Source of the DNA: Acidobacteriota bacterium
Lineage (GTDB): Bacteria; Acidobacteriota; UBA6911; RPQK01; JAJDTT01
Length of the DNA stretch: 64,000 bases
Assembly: GCA_965209055.1 (NCBI GenBank)
Contig: OZ242374.1
Coordinates: forward strand, 2,784,001-2,848,000
Reading direction: 5' to 3'
The notes below the pieces were generated by a model. It was not told the DNA's origin, ran no database searches, and saw nothing but the letters and a program-made list of their open reading frames with translations. Shown piece after piece: positions 19,443 through 29,463 of this stretch; within the stretch, counting starts at the first letter, position 1; each line of letters opens with the position of its first letter. The translations under genes were made by a program, and so were the position numbers.

Positions 19443-20477
19443 ATGATTTCCACTCCGTCCGCGGAAACGATCCTCCGAGACTCGATCGTCGTCGACGCCC
19501 ACGGCCATATGTTGGATATGGCCGCCAATTCGCGCCGGCGACTGCATGAGTCTCTCGGTGGGCTCACCGACGTGCCGCTGATGCGCGCCGGCGGCGTCAC
19601 CGCCCAGGTGACCGCCTGCTGGATGCCCGATGTCCGGATCGGCGGACCCCACGGCAGCCGGCAGCCCTTTCGGGACCTCATGAGGATGGTGGATTACGTG
19701 CATCGGGAGTTGGATGGTGAAGCGGGGGATCACGTGGTTCTGGCACGGACCGCCGGAGACATCGAGGGGGCGGCGGCGCAGTCGAAGGCCGCCCTGGTGT
19801 TGGGACTCGAGGGGGGCGACGCGCTCCGGGGCGATTTGGGACGGCTCCGGGAGCTTTACGAGGCCGGTCTGCGCCATGTCTGCCTCGTCCATGAGGGACG
19901 GAACGCGATGGGCACGGCGACGCAGGTCTGGAAGGATTCGACCATGCGGGTCTACGAGCCCGGGATCGATCCTCCGGGGGGGCTGAGTGACGCCGGCAGG
20001 CGGATCGTGCGTGAGATGAACCGGCTGGGCATGCTGGTGGACGTTACTCACATGGTGGAGGAGAGCTTCTGGGAGACGCTGGAGGTTTCGTCCGCGCCGG
20101 TAGTTGCTTCCCACGGGAATGCTCGTTCACTGCGGGATACCGTGAGGTACCTGACGGACGAGCAGATCGGGGCGGTGGCGGAAACCGGGGGGATGGTCTG
20201 TCCCAGTCCGTTTCCACTTGGGCCCACGCGGGAGCGGCCGAGTTTGGAGATGATGCTCCGGCATGTCGATCACGTGGTCGGTCTGGTTGGGCCGGACCAT
20301 GTTGGTTTCGGGACCGACTTTTTGGACCAGACGGGCGCGCGGCCTGCCGGGTTCGGGGATGTTGGTGAGACTCCGCGGGTTGTGGAGGGGCTGCTGGGGT
20401 TGGGATACGGAGCTACGGAGATTGGAAAGATTATGGGTGGGAATTTTTTGCGGGTGTTTGGGCAGGTGGCGGGGTAG
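19443..20477 (+). CDS. Membrane dipeptidase (peptidase M19)
   Basis: VDAHGH, LGLEGG, MNRLGMLVDVTH, VASHGN, HVGFGTDF, KIMGGNFLRV. Confidence 0.9.
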   Translation: MISTPSAETILRDSIVVDAHGHMLDMAANSRRRLHESLGGLTDVPLMRAGGVTAQVTACWMPDVRIGGPHGSRQPFRDLMRMVDYVHRELDGEAGDHVVLARTAGDIEGAAAQSKAALVLGLEGGDALRGDLGRLRELYEAGLRHVCLVHEGRNAMGTATQVWKDSTMRVYEPGIDPPGGLSDAGRRIVREMNRLGMLVDVTHMVEESFWETLEVSSAPVVASHGNARSLRDTVRYLTDEQIGAVAETGGMVCPSPFPLGPTRERPSLEMMLRHVDHVVGLVGPDHVGFGTDFLDQTGARPAGFGDVGETPRVVEGLLGLGYGATEIGKIMGGNFLRVFGQVAG

Positions 20478-20535
20478 GGGACTGTAGAGCCGGACTCTGT
20501 CCCAGTGATTTGCGGCGACAAAAAAGTCGCCGTTC

Positions 20536-21105
20536 CTACCGTGCCGAGAGAGTTATGTAGAGTTCACCGAATATTGGTATGGCCAAGAGTAGGATCAGAA
20601 GCCAGATCACGCGCAACATCACGACACGCTGATCGTCGATTCGGGTCGTATTCGCTGCGATTCGGGCAGCCTGAACGTCAATCGCGGCTCTTGTTTTTGC
20701 CGCCTGAGCCTCCATTCGGGCGCCCAGCTCCTCCGTCCTGACGTCGATCTTGGTATGGAGTTCCGCGCTCTGTTTGTCGATCTTGGTTTCCAGGGCCGTG
20801 GCCTGAGCGTCCATTCGGGCGCCAAGCTGCTCTGTCCTGACGTCGATCTTCGCATGGAGTTCTGCGCCCTGTTTGTCGATCTTGGCTTCCAGGACCGTGG
20901 CCTGAACGTCCATTCGGGTGCAAAGTTCCTTGGTCTTGGCGTCCATCTTGGCGCCGATGATGGAGATCACGTTCTGGCCGGCCCGATTTCGCACTTCGTC
21001 GTCGGCTCGGTAGGCCACTTCAGGTTCGACGCCCGCGCTCCGCAGGGCTTGGAACAGTGTTCCGCCCGATTCGGTCTTGGGGGAAGTCTCAGGGGATGTC
21101 ACCAT
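20536..21105 (-). CDS. Coiled-coil repeat protein with a C-terminal TM anchor (DUF1640/CCDC90-like)
   Basis: LFQALRSAGV head, two 33-aa repeats (RMDxQATxLExKIDKQxAELHxKIDVRTExLGA) and a hydrophobic C-terminus. Confidence 0.7.
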   Translation of the reverse strand: MVTSPETSPKTESGGTLFQALRSAGVEPEVAYRADDEVRNRAGQNVISIIGAKMDAKTKELCTRMDVQATVLEAKIDKQGAELHAKIDVRTEQLGARMDAQATALETKIDKQSAELHTKIDVRTEELGARMEAQAAKTRAAIDVQAARIAANTTRIDDQRVVMLRVIWLLILLLAIPIFGELYITLSAR

Positions 21106-21559
21106 TGCTTTTGTCCAGTCTAGCAGGCGTTCAAATCAAACCTGACCGCTGGCACGAAAGATCCTCCGCTGTTGGCGGAAGGCCATTTGCAACAAAGCAA
21201 TACTCGTTCCAGAAGAGATACCCATTCCAGACAGCGCTATTCCAGTGGCTTCGGGGCTTTCGACACGGGCGTCGAAGCAGTTTGTCGCGTCAATTGCGGG
21301 AAAGACGTCACGCTGCGGTGGAAAAAAACGAGGAACTGGGAGTGGGAGTTGGCACCTTGGGATGGGTCTCGGCAGACTGGGTTATTGGGGCGGCGGGTGA
21401 CGGGGCAGGGGGCTGTAGAGGGGGGACTGCTGTCCCCCTAACCCCCCTATTGGCGACAGGAAAGCCGCCGCTCAATCGAAATTCTGCCATGGGGGTGGTA
21501 CTCTCCGAATCACGTTTGGATACCCGGTTTCAGTGGGAGAGAGGCATAAGGAGCGAACC

Positions 21560-22690
21560 ATGAATCTGAGGAGACTGTTGTTGGCTGTTTGCGTTTGCGG
21601 ATTGGCGGCGGGCGTCGCCTTGGCCCAGGACTACGAGTCCATCGAGGGGGCCGTCGTCTATGACTACGATCCGGCTACGAAACTGGGGGGTGACGTGTTC
21701 GGGACCGTCACTTCCAACCTGGAGCGCGACTTTCCCGGCCGGAACTCTCACGGCGGACCGGTCTGCATGCAGTATCCCGACGGCCGCATCGTGGCCTTCA
21801 ACACCAACACCAGCGACCATAACCTGGATGGCTGGAGCGAGCATGCCGAGAGCCGCGACGGGGGCCAGACCTGGAAGATGTACAACCGGTTTCCCTATTC
21901 GTTCGAGGCCTACTCGAGAGACCCAAAGCGGCCGGCCTGGATCGAAGCGGGCCTGGTGACTTCCAGGGGAACCGTGGTCGTCTTCGTGACCCATTTCCTC
22001 ACGGGCGGCAGCCGGACCATGAGCGGCTTCATGAGGAGTTATGACCAGGGCGCCACCTGGACCGCATACGAGTCGGTCGACGGAGTCCACATCGGCTACC
22101 CCGTTGGCACGGCGGTGGACGGCGACACCAACTACATCATCTACGATACCGATGCCGGTTCCGATGGCCGGCGCCCCCATGTGCTGTATGTCAGCACCGA
22201 CGACGGGCGGTCCTGGCAGAAGCGGAGCACACTGCCGCTGCAGGACGACGTCTGGTATGGGGCCATTACCTTGATGCCGGATGGCGGATTGCTGGCCGGC
22301 GCCTACCACTCGGAGGACGAGTACCACTTCTACTACTGCATCAGCAAGGACCAGGGCCGCACCTGGACCGAGGAGAGGAAGGCAAAGGTCGACCAGAAGG
22401 TTCGGGACCCGGAGCTGGGCCAAATCGGAGGCCGGTACTATCTCCATGGGAGGTCCGGAAGCTACGGAGAGGGTGCGGACCGCTTCGTTCTCTACGAGTC
22501 CCCCGACGGGGAGAACTGGGGCAGCGCCATCGTGGTCAGCAAACAGACCGGCCGGGGGGACGGTTACAGTTCCAACTGCCTGATTGACACCGACGACGAC
22601 GGGAAGCCCGACGAGCTGATGGTCCTTTTCAGCATCCAGTACAAGGGAGTCGACACCAACGAGCATGTCTTCTTCATCAGGCCCCAGTAA
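21560..22690 (+). CDS. Secreted BNR/Asp-box (sialidase-like) protein, paralog 1
   Basis: Signal peptide; Asp-boxes SRDGGQTW, SYDQGATW, STDDGRSW, SKDQGRTW, SPDGENW. Confidence 0.85.
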   Translation: MNLRRLLLAVCVCGLAAGVALAQDYESIEGAVVYDYDPATKLGGDVFGTVTSNLERDFPGRNSHGGPVCMQYPDGRIVAFNTNTSDHNLDGWSEHAESRDGGQTWKMYNRFPYSFEAYSRDPKRPAWIEAGLVTSRGTVVVFVTHFLTGGSRTMSGFMRSYDQGATWTAYESVDGVHIGYPVGTAVDGDTNYIIYDTDAGSDGRRPHVLYVSTDDGRSWQKRSTLPLQDDVWYGAITLMPDGGLLAGAYHSEDEYHFYYCISKDQGRTWTEERKAKVDQKVRDPELGQIGGRYYLHGRSGSYGEGADRFVLYESPDGENWGSAIVVSKQTGRGDGYSSNCLIDTDDDGKPDELMVLFSIQYKGVDTNEHVFFIRPQ

Positions 22691-22695
22691 TAAAG

Positions 22696-22774
22696 GAGGG
22701 GCGATTTCAAATCGCCCGGTCTTCGGTGCCAAATTTGTCACACTGGAGTTCGGCGGTTAGGAAACCGTCGCTCC
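22696..22774. repeat. REP-like palindrome pair
   Basis: GGAGGGGCGATTTCAAATCGCCC and GGCGGTTAGGAAACCGTCGCTCC; related copies at 60347-60475 and 62271-62375. Confidence 0.7.
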
Positions 22775-22812
22775 TTTCCTTTGCCATTGGTAAGAGTCAA
22801 AGAGAGCGATCC

Positions 22813-23934
22813 ATGAACCTGAGGAAACCGTTGTTGGTCGTATGCGTCTTCGGGTTGGCCGCGGGCGCGGCGTTCCCGCAGGACTACGAGTCCATCGACG
22901 GGGCCGTCATCTACGACTACGACCCGTCGACGAAGCTGGGGGACGGCGTTTACGGAACCATCGTTTCCTATCTGGAGCGGGACTTTCCCGGCAGGAATTC
23001 CCACGGCGGACCGGTCTGCATGCAGTATCCCGACGGGCGCCTCGTGACCTTCAACACCAACACCAGCGATCACAACCTGGATGGCTGGAGCGAGCATGCC
23101 GAGAGCCGCGACGGCGGCAGGACCTGGGACATGTACCACCGGTTCCCCTATTCGTTTGAGGCCTACGTGAGAAATCCCAAGCGGCCGGCCTGGATCGAAG
23201 CGGGTTTGGTGACTTCCAAAGGAACCGCAGTCGTCTTCATGAGCCATTTCATCACGGGCGGCACCCGGACCATGAGCGGTTTTCTGAGGAGCTACGACCA
23301 GGGGGCCAGTTGGACCCACTACGAGTCCATTGACGGGGTCTACGCCGGCTATCCCGTGGGCACGGCAGTGGACGGCGACACCAACTACGTCATCTACGAC
23401 TCCGATGGCGGAGGTCCGCATGTCCTGTACGTCAGCACCGACGACGGGCGATCCTGGCGGAAACGGAGCACCCTGCCGCTGCAGGACGACGTCTCGTACG
23501 GGGCGGTGACCTTGATGGTGGACGGCGGGTTGCTGGCCGGCGCCTACCAATTGAAGGACGAGTACCACTTCTACTACTGCATCAGCAAGGACCAGGGGCG
23601 TACCTGGACCGGGCAGAGGAAAGCCCGCGTAGACCAGAAGGTTCGGGACCCGGAGCTGGGCCAAATCGGAGGCCGATACTATCTTCATGGGAGGTCCGGC
23701 AGCTACGGGGAAGGCGCGAACCGCTTCGTTCTCTACGAGTCCTCCGACGGGGAGAACTGGGGCAGCGCCATCGTCGTCAACAGCAATACCGGCCGGGGGG
23801 ACGGATACAGCGCGAACTGCCTGATCCATACCGACGAAGACGGTGCGCCCGACGAGCTGATGGTCGTCTACAGCATCAACTACAAGGGGAAGGACACCAA
23901 CGAATACGTCTTCTTCATCAGGCCCGGCAAATGA
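22813..23934 (+). CDS. Secreted BNR/Asp-box (sialidase-like) protein, paralog 2
   Basis: Tandem near-copy of 21560-22690 with the same Asp-boxes. Confidence 0.85.
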   Translation: MNLRKPLLVVCVFGLAAGAAFPQDYESIDGAVIYDYDPSTKLGDGVYGTIVSYLERDFPGRNSHGGPVCMQYPDGRLVTFNTNTSDHNLDGWSEHAESRDGGRTWDMYHRFPYSFEAYVRNPKRPAWIEAGLVTSKGTAVVFMSHFITGGTRTMSGFLRSYDQGASWTHYESIDGVYAGYPVGTAVDGDTNYVIYDSDGGGPHVLYVSTDDGRSWRKRSTLPLQDDVSYGAVTLMVDGGLLAGAYQLKDEYHFYYCISKDQGRTWTGQRKARVDQKVRDPELGQIGGRYYLHGRSGSYGEGANRFVLYESSDGENWGSAIVVNSNTGRGDGYSANCLIHTDEDGAPDELMVVYSINYKGKDTNEYVFFIRPGK

Positions 23935-23968
23935 GGGAAGAGGAGCCGGCGGGAGGCTCCTGACCACC

Positions 23969-26272
23969 ATGGGCAACGGCCGGTTCGAATCCGATCCAGT
24001 CCAGAAGGCCACAGCGAACGCTCCGCCGATGTCCCGTTTCCGGACTCGTGGACTGATTCCGGTTTTTCTTCTTTTCCTCCTGGTTCCAGCTTCACTGCCG
24101 CTGTCGGCTCAGGAATCTTTCCTGGGCGACTTGACCGGCCCCTGGCAACTCCTGGTGGACGACCACCTGATCGAGGAGAAGCGGGGGGTCGTCCGGACCT
24201 GGCATCCCCTGGAAAAGCATCCGGCCAATCCCGTCCTGGGCATGACAGGTTCCTGGGGCGAGCGGCGCACCACCCCCTACGGCACCGTCCTGCCGGGTGA
24301 GGGCGGCAGCGGTTACCGCATCTGGTATGACATCTGGGACGGGGACTGCCACAACTTCTACGCCACCAGCCGGGATGGCCTCCGCTGGATCCGGCCGCGC
24401 CTGGGCCTGGTCGAGCACCGGGGTTCCCGGGACAACAACCTCTTCTTTCACCGGACCCGGTTGGACCATATGCCCCAGATCATCCATACGCCCTGGGAAG
24501 AGGACGCCGCTCGACGGTACAAGATGGTCAATTTCGACTTCCGCGCCGACGTTCCCGGGCGCGCCGTCCGGGGCTACTGGGGGGCCACTTCTCCGGATGG
24601 CGTCCGTTGGACCGAGACTCCCAGGAATCCGGTCCTCCCTGATCCCGGAGATGTGGGGCACTTTCTCTGGGATCCCAACCGCCGGGCCTATGTGGGATAC
24701 ACGAAGCTCTACGCTCCGGTGCGAGGTTACCGGCGCCGTTCGGTGGCCATCAGCACCACGACTCGTTTCCAGCACTGGCCTCCGGCCGAGTTGATCCTGG
24801 TCGCGGACGAGTTCGATGACCGCTGGGTGACCGGGAGCGGGCAACACACCGACTTCTACGGCCTGTCGGCCTTTCCCTATCAGAGCCTGTACCTGGGGTT
24901 CCTCTGGATCTTTCGGATCGTGGACGGGAAAAACGACGGCCCCATCTTCTGTGAGCTGGTGAGCAGCCGGGACGGGGTCACCTGGGACCGCCAGGAGGGA
25001 GAGAGAACCCCGATTCTGGCGAACGGCCCGCCAGGCGCGTGGGACAGCGGTCAACTCCAGACCTTCAACCATCCGCAGATGGCCGGCGAGACGCTGCGCG
25101 TCTACTACGGGGCCTTCGACGCCACCCATGGGTTCCAGCGAGGGGATGGCGCCATCGGCTTGGCCACCTTGCGCAAGGACGGCTTCGTCTCGCTGGACGC
25201 CGGGTCCGAGGGCGGGGCGGTCACCACCCGCCTCCTGCTCGGCCTGGAGGGGGAGCTGCGGCTCAACGCAAACGCCGGCGGAGGAGAAATCCGGGTGGAG
25301 GTGCTGGACGGGGAGGGCCGGGTCCTGCCCGGTTATGCAAGGGAAGAGTGCCGGCCCATGACCGAAGACAGCGTGGACTTCGCTGTCAGGTGGAAGGCGC
25401 GGGACGAACTGCCCTATACGTCCGAACCCCGGCGGCTTCGTTTTTTCCTGACGCGCTCTTCGCTCTTCTCGTTCCGGGCCGGCGATTCGGTTCAGGTCGC
25501 CGGCCCGCCTGCGCCGCTGGAGGCTTTCTATACGTTCGAGTCGTCCCGCGGCGACGGATTCGACGACGTTGCGGCGGCGGATGGAGTCCAACCGGGACGC
25601 CGGCACGGCACCCTCTCCATCGTCCGGGATCCCGGGGCGGGAGCCGGAGGGTCGTCTACGCTGCTGTTTCCCGAGCCGGGACCGGGCGCGAACCGGCTCG
25701 AGGTGCCGGGCACCTTGCATCTCGGCCACCACTTTACGCTGGCGGCCCGGGTCAAGACGCAGAGTCGGAATCGGATGCGCCTCTTCAGCACCCAACGGGG
25801 CAGCGGCGCCGCAGCATTGGGGGAGCTGATCTTCGACTTCAGTCCCGGAACCGGGGTTCTGCGCCTGGTCGTCAACGGACAGGAGATCTCCTCCCAACCC
25901 GCTTCGTGGGCGGCCGGGATGTATCATCACCTGGTGGCCACCTATGATCGGGGCCGGGTCCATCTCTACCTGGATGGACGGATCGCGGGATCGGGCCAGA
26001 TCCTTTCCGGGGCCGCCCGCCTCGGCCGGGACGACACGGTCGTCGAGATGTTCGGTCCTCCGGATGCCGCGCCGCTGGCCGGCGTCCATTTGGCGGACAA
26101 TTTGCACCTGGGAGCAGACCAGGGCGGGACTTTCATCGGTCACGGGTGGCAGAGCGCGAGTTCGAATCGGCACCAGCTCACGGGCTGGGTGGACGATGTG
26201 CTGGTGGTGAAGAGAGTCTTGGACGCTGAGGAAATCCGGGACTTGAGCCGGCGCCCGCCGTTCGGGGATTGA
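23969..26272 (+). CDS. Secreted GH32-like beta-propeller protein with a C-terminal LamG-like domain
   Basis: LLVDDHLI, KHPANPVL, LVSSRDG, LRKDGFVS; C-terminal HHLVATYD...LYLDG...GWVDDV. Confidence 0.75.
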   Translation: MGNGRFESDPVQKATANAPPMSRFRTRGLIPVFLLFLLVPASLPLSAQESFLGDLTGPWQLLVDDHLIEEKRGVVRTWHPLEKHPANPVLGMTGSWGERRTTPYGTVLPGEGGSGYRIWYDIWDGDCHNFYATSRDGLRWIRPRLGLVEHRGSRDNNLFFHRTRLDHMPQIIHTPWEEDAARRYKMVNFDFRADVPGRAVRGYWGATSPDGVRWTETPRNPVLPDPGDVGHFLWDPNRRAYVGYTKLYAPVRGYRRRSVAISTTTRFQHWPPAELILVADEFDDRWVTGSGQHTDFYGLSAFPYQSLYLGFLWIFRIVDGKNDGPIFCELVSSRDGVTWDRQEGERTPILANGPPGAWDSGQLQTFNHPQMAGETLRVYYGAFDATHGFQRGDGAIGLATLRKDGFVSLDAGSEGGAVTTRLLLGLEGELRLNANAGGGEIRVEVLDGEGRVLPGYAREECRPMTEDSVDFAVRWKARDELPYTSEPRRLRFFLTRSSLFSFRAGDSVQVAGPPAPLEAFYTFESSRGDGFDDVAAADGVQPGRRHGTLSIVRDPGAGAGGSSTLLFPEPGPGANRLEVPGTLHLGHHFTLAARVKTQSRNRMRLFSTQRGSGAAALGELIFDFSPGTGVLRLVVNGQEISSQPASWAAGMYHHLVATYDRGRVHLYLDGRIAGSGQILSGAARLGRDDTVVEMFGPPDAAPLAGVHLADNLHLGADQGGTFIGHGWQSASSNRHQLTGWVDDVLVVKRVLDAEEIRDLSRRPPFGD

Positions 26273-26390
26273 GGCCGGCTGCACGCGCGGAGAAAAGAAG
26301 AAGTGGGGGTAGGAAATCCGTCGCTCGGTCCAAATGATCTACGATCTAGATCCTTAATTATCAACCGGTTATCCCAAATATCCCCTCCAT

Positions 26391-27476
26391 TCATTGTCCC
26401 TTCATTCCGACCCGTTGCCTGTTTGTTGCCTGTTGCGTTTGTGAGTCTTCGTTAGCCTGTGCCTCTCGAATGCTCTGGAGCGCATGCGAACTGACGTAGC
26501 CCGCGTAGCGCATCGTCGTGCTGATCGATGAGTGTCCCATCAGCTTCTGCACCGTTCTCACGTCCACACCCTGCATCAGCCAATGGCTACAGCGGAATCG
26601 CCTCAGATCGTGAAACCCAACCTTCAACCCCACCCGCTCGGCAGCGCGACGTAGAGACTTGTCTGGATTCACCCATCTTGTCCCGGTCCGGCTGTTGACG
26701 AACACATACGGTGTGTTCAGGTAACGAACCAGCCCCGCCAGATATCGGGCGGCGTACTTCGAGAGCGGAATCTCTCTCGGTTCGTCGTCCTTGGTGAACT
26801 CCACCCACAACATCCGGCGGCCCAAATCCACCCGACTCCATGTGAGCGACAATCCCTCTCCCTTGCGAATCCCCGTTTCACCGATCACTGCGATCATGGC
26901 TTGCAGGGAAGGGTTGTCCACCGCCTCGACCAGGTCGCGGAACTGTTGGACCGTCAAAGGCCGGAAGACCTTCTTGGGCTCCTTCAGTTTGGGGAATCGA
27001 ACCAGCGGATGCGTGTCCACTTCCCCGCACTCCAGCGCGTAGGAAAACAGCTTGCTGAGGGCCGCAATGTCTCGGTTCACCGTGGCTGGCTGGACCTGTC
27101 CCTTCCGTTTCGCGACGTAGCGGTGGAGGTCCTTGCGCTGGAACTCCTTCAGGGGAATGTTCCCCAGCATGGCGTTGAGGCTCTTGAACGAGAGTGCGTA
27201 GCGGCGCAAGCAGCGTAGACGAGGTTTGCAATACTCCTCGAAAAAACGCTCGTAGAAACTCCGGACCGTCCAGATCTTGCGTTTCCCACCGGCGAGTTCC
27301 TGCTTGAGCCGCTTCCAGGTGCCGTCCAGGATACTGGACTCGATTCGTGTTTGAAGCGCTTGCGCGCTCCGGTAGTTGGGGGCGTACATTCGGAGCCGAC
27401 CGGATCCGTTCGGCCAGTACTTGCTGACGACGTACCGTCGTCTCCCCCGGCGATCCTTCACCTTATAGATGCCCAT
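26391..27476 (-). CDS. int: Tyrosine recombinase/integrase of E1
   Basis: ATVNRDIAAL, ETGIRKGE (R), TKDDEPR (K), FHDLRR (HxxR), LMGHSS (H), TMRY (Y). Confidence 0.95.
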   Translation of the reverse strand: MGIYKVKDRRGRRRYVVSKYWPNGSGRLRMYAPNYRSAQALQTRIESSILDGTWKRLKQELAGGKRKIWTVRSFYERFFEEYCKPRLRCLRRYALSFKSLNAMLGNIPLKEFQRKDLHRYVAKRKGQVQPATVNRDIAALSKLFSYALECGEVDTHPLVRFPKLKEPKKVFRPLTVQQFRDLVEAVDNPSLQAMIAVIGETGIRKGEGLSLTWSRVDLGRRMLWVEFTKDDEPREIPLSKYAARYLAGLVRYLNTPYVFVNSRTGTRWVNPDKSLRRAAERVGLKVGFHDLRRFRCSHWLMQGVDVRTVQKLMGHSSISTTMRYAGYVSSHALQSIREAQANEDSQTQQATNRQRVGMKGQ

Positions 27477-27723
27477 GCATCTCCTCCTTTCTGGATCCGG
27501 GTTCTTCGCCGTGGGGCGAATCGTACCACGGCTCCAGAGAAACGGAGTAGGTGTTCAAATCCTCCAAGGCAAAGCCGCGGCGGCGGCGTCCAGTGGTATC
27601 GAGTACAACTCTTGCTTTGATGATGTTCAGATCGGCGTATTTGCGAATCGTGCCGATGGCCTTATCGCGGAAATCATCCCTAAATTTCTCCGATTCCCGC
27701 GTGTCCGGCGCGTGCCGGTTCAT
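27463..27723 (-). CDS. Putative excisionase (winged-HTH/MerR-like), possibly truncated at the N-terminus
   Basis: GTIRKYADLNIIKARV...GRRRRGFALEDLNTY; overlaps the int start. Confidence 0.55.
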   Translation of the reverse strand: MNRHAPDTRESEKFRDDFRDKAIGTIRKYADLNIIKARVVLDTTGRRRRGFALEDLNTYSVSLEPWYDSPHGEEPGSRKEEMHGHL

Positions 27724-27796
27724 AGGCTTCAGTCGGCAGCGGAACTCTCATCCCTCCTTCTCTGGGTGTCTGCCCCTCATGGGATACTGGTGAACT

Positions 27797-29425
27797 ATGG
27801 CATCCAACACTCTGTACTATGGCGACAATTTGGATATTCTCCGGCGCTACCTGCGGGACAAAAGCGTTGACCTCGTCTACCTAGATCCTCCTTTCAAAAG
27901 CAACCAGACCTACAACGTCCTGTTTCAAGAGAAAGACGGATCACAGTCGGCTTCCCAGATTAAGGCGTTCGAGGACACGTGGCAGTGGGACGAAACTGCG
28001 GCCAGGGCCTATCAAGAGACGGTAGAAACTGGCGGCAGAGTAGCCGAGGCATTAATCGCCTTCAGGAAGTTCATGGGGACCAACGACATGTTGGCCTACC
28101 TGTCGATGATGGCACCTCGTCTCTTGGAACTTCGAAGGGTGCTGAAACTGACGGGGAGTCTATACCTGCACTGCGACCCAACGGCGAGCCATTCTTTAAA
28201 ACTCTTGCTCGATGCCGTCTTCGGACCAGAACGTTTCTTGAGCGAAATTGTGTGGAAACGCACGAGCGCCCACAGCAGTGCGAAGCGATACGGACCTGTG
28301 CATGACGTGATCTTATTCTATGGGAAAACGAACAAGTACAAGTGGAATCGAGTCTTTCAGGAATACGACACTGATTACATAGAAACATTCTTCGATCAGA
28401 CTGACCCGGATGGCAGACGGTGGAAGCGGGCCGATATGACCGGCGCAGGCATCCGATATGGCGAAACAGGTCTGCCATGGCGCGGGATTGACGTCACGGC
28501 AAAGGGACGGCATTGGAGATCACCCCCGTCTACGCTAGATGAACTTGACCGAAAGGATCGTGTTCACTGGCCAAAGAAGAAGGGCGGGATGCCTCGATTG
28601 AAGCAATACCCGGAAGACTCGCCAGGCGTTCCCTTGCAAGACGTATGGACGGACATTCGTCCATTGCACAATCTCGCTGCCGAACGTCTGGGCTACCCGA
28701 CGCAAAAGCCTCAATTGTTGCTTGATCGAATTATTCTTTCGAGTACTGACGAGGGCGAAATTGTGCTCGACCCCTTCTGTGGTTGCGGGACGACCATTGC
28801 GGCGGCTCAGAAACTCGATAGACGCTGGATCGGGATCGACATCACCCATCTAGCCATCTCTCTGATTCGTCATCGACTCCAGGATTCCTTCGGCAAGAAC
28901 TGTCGATTTGACGTCATCGGTGAACCGATCAGTCTCCAAGATGCCGCCACTCTAGCGGGGCAGGACCCCTATCAGTTTCAGTGGTGGGCTCTCGGCTTGG
29001 CCGGTGCTCGTCCCATTGAGCAGAAAAAAGGAGCCGACCAGGGTATTGATGGTCGGCTCTATTTCCATGACGAGGGCCGGAATGGGAAGACGAAGCAGAT
29101 CATCTTCTCGGTGAAGGCCGGACACGTCACAGTGTCCCAGATCCGTGACCTCGTGGGTGTTGTGAACCGTGAGAAGGCCCAGATAGGAGTCTTCCTGTCC
29201 CTGAATCCTCCGACCGCACCGATGCGTCGAGAAGCAGCCTCGGCAGGTTTCTACAAATCTCCATGGGGGAATCACCCTCGCATTCAACTACTCACGATTG
29301 AGGATCTCTTGGGCGGAATGAGCGTGGATTACCCCCAAGCCGCCGACGTGACATTCAAGCGAGCAAAGCGAGTAAGACCCACTTCATCGAAGAAGCAGAA
29401 TCACCTGCCGATGAAGCCTGACTGA
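27797..29425 (+). CDS. N4/N6 DNA methyltransferase (beta class) with a C-terminal Mrr-like nuclease domain
   Basis: YYGDNL, VYLDPPF, GYPTQKP, VLDPFCGCGTT; C-terminal DQGIDG...SVKAG. Confidence 0.88.
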   Translation: MASNTLYYGDNLDILRRYLRDKSVDLVYLDPPFKSNQTYNVLFQEKDGSQSASQIKAFEDTWQWDETAARAYQETVETGGRVAEALIAFRKFMGTNDMLAYLSMMAPRLLELRRVLKLTGSLYLHCDPTASHSLKLLLDAVFGPERFLSEIVWKRTSAHSSAKRYGPVHDVILFYGKTNKYKWNRVFQEYDTDYIETFFDQTDPDGRRWKRADMTGAGIRYGETGLPWRGIDVTAKGRHWRSPPSTLDELDRKDRVHWPKKKGGMPRLKQYPEDSPGVPLQDVWTDIRPLHNLAAERLGYPTQKPQLLLDRIILSSTDEGEIVLDPFCGCGTTIAAAQKLDRRWIGIDITHLAISLIRHRLQDSFGKNCRFDVIGEPISLQDAATLAGQDPYQFQWWALGLAGARPIEQKKGADQGIDGRLYFHDEGRNGKTKQIIFSVKAGHVTVSQIRDLVGVVNREKAQIGVFLSLNPPTAPMRREAASAGFYKSPWGNHPRIQLLTIEDLLGGMSVDYPQAADVTFKRAKRVRPTSSKKQNHLPMKPD

Positions 29426-29463
29426 GCCACTTTTGTATCCTTGGCTTGGGGGCAGAAAGAAGC

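Noticed and set aside
24092-26284. Long antisense ORFs (also 17636-19135, 39634-41562, 48827-50527, 58456-60171, 60434-62497)
   Set aside because: Shadow ORFs typical of high-GC coding DNA opposite well-supported genes.
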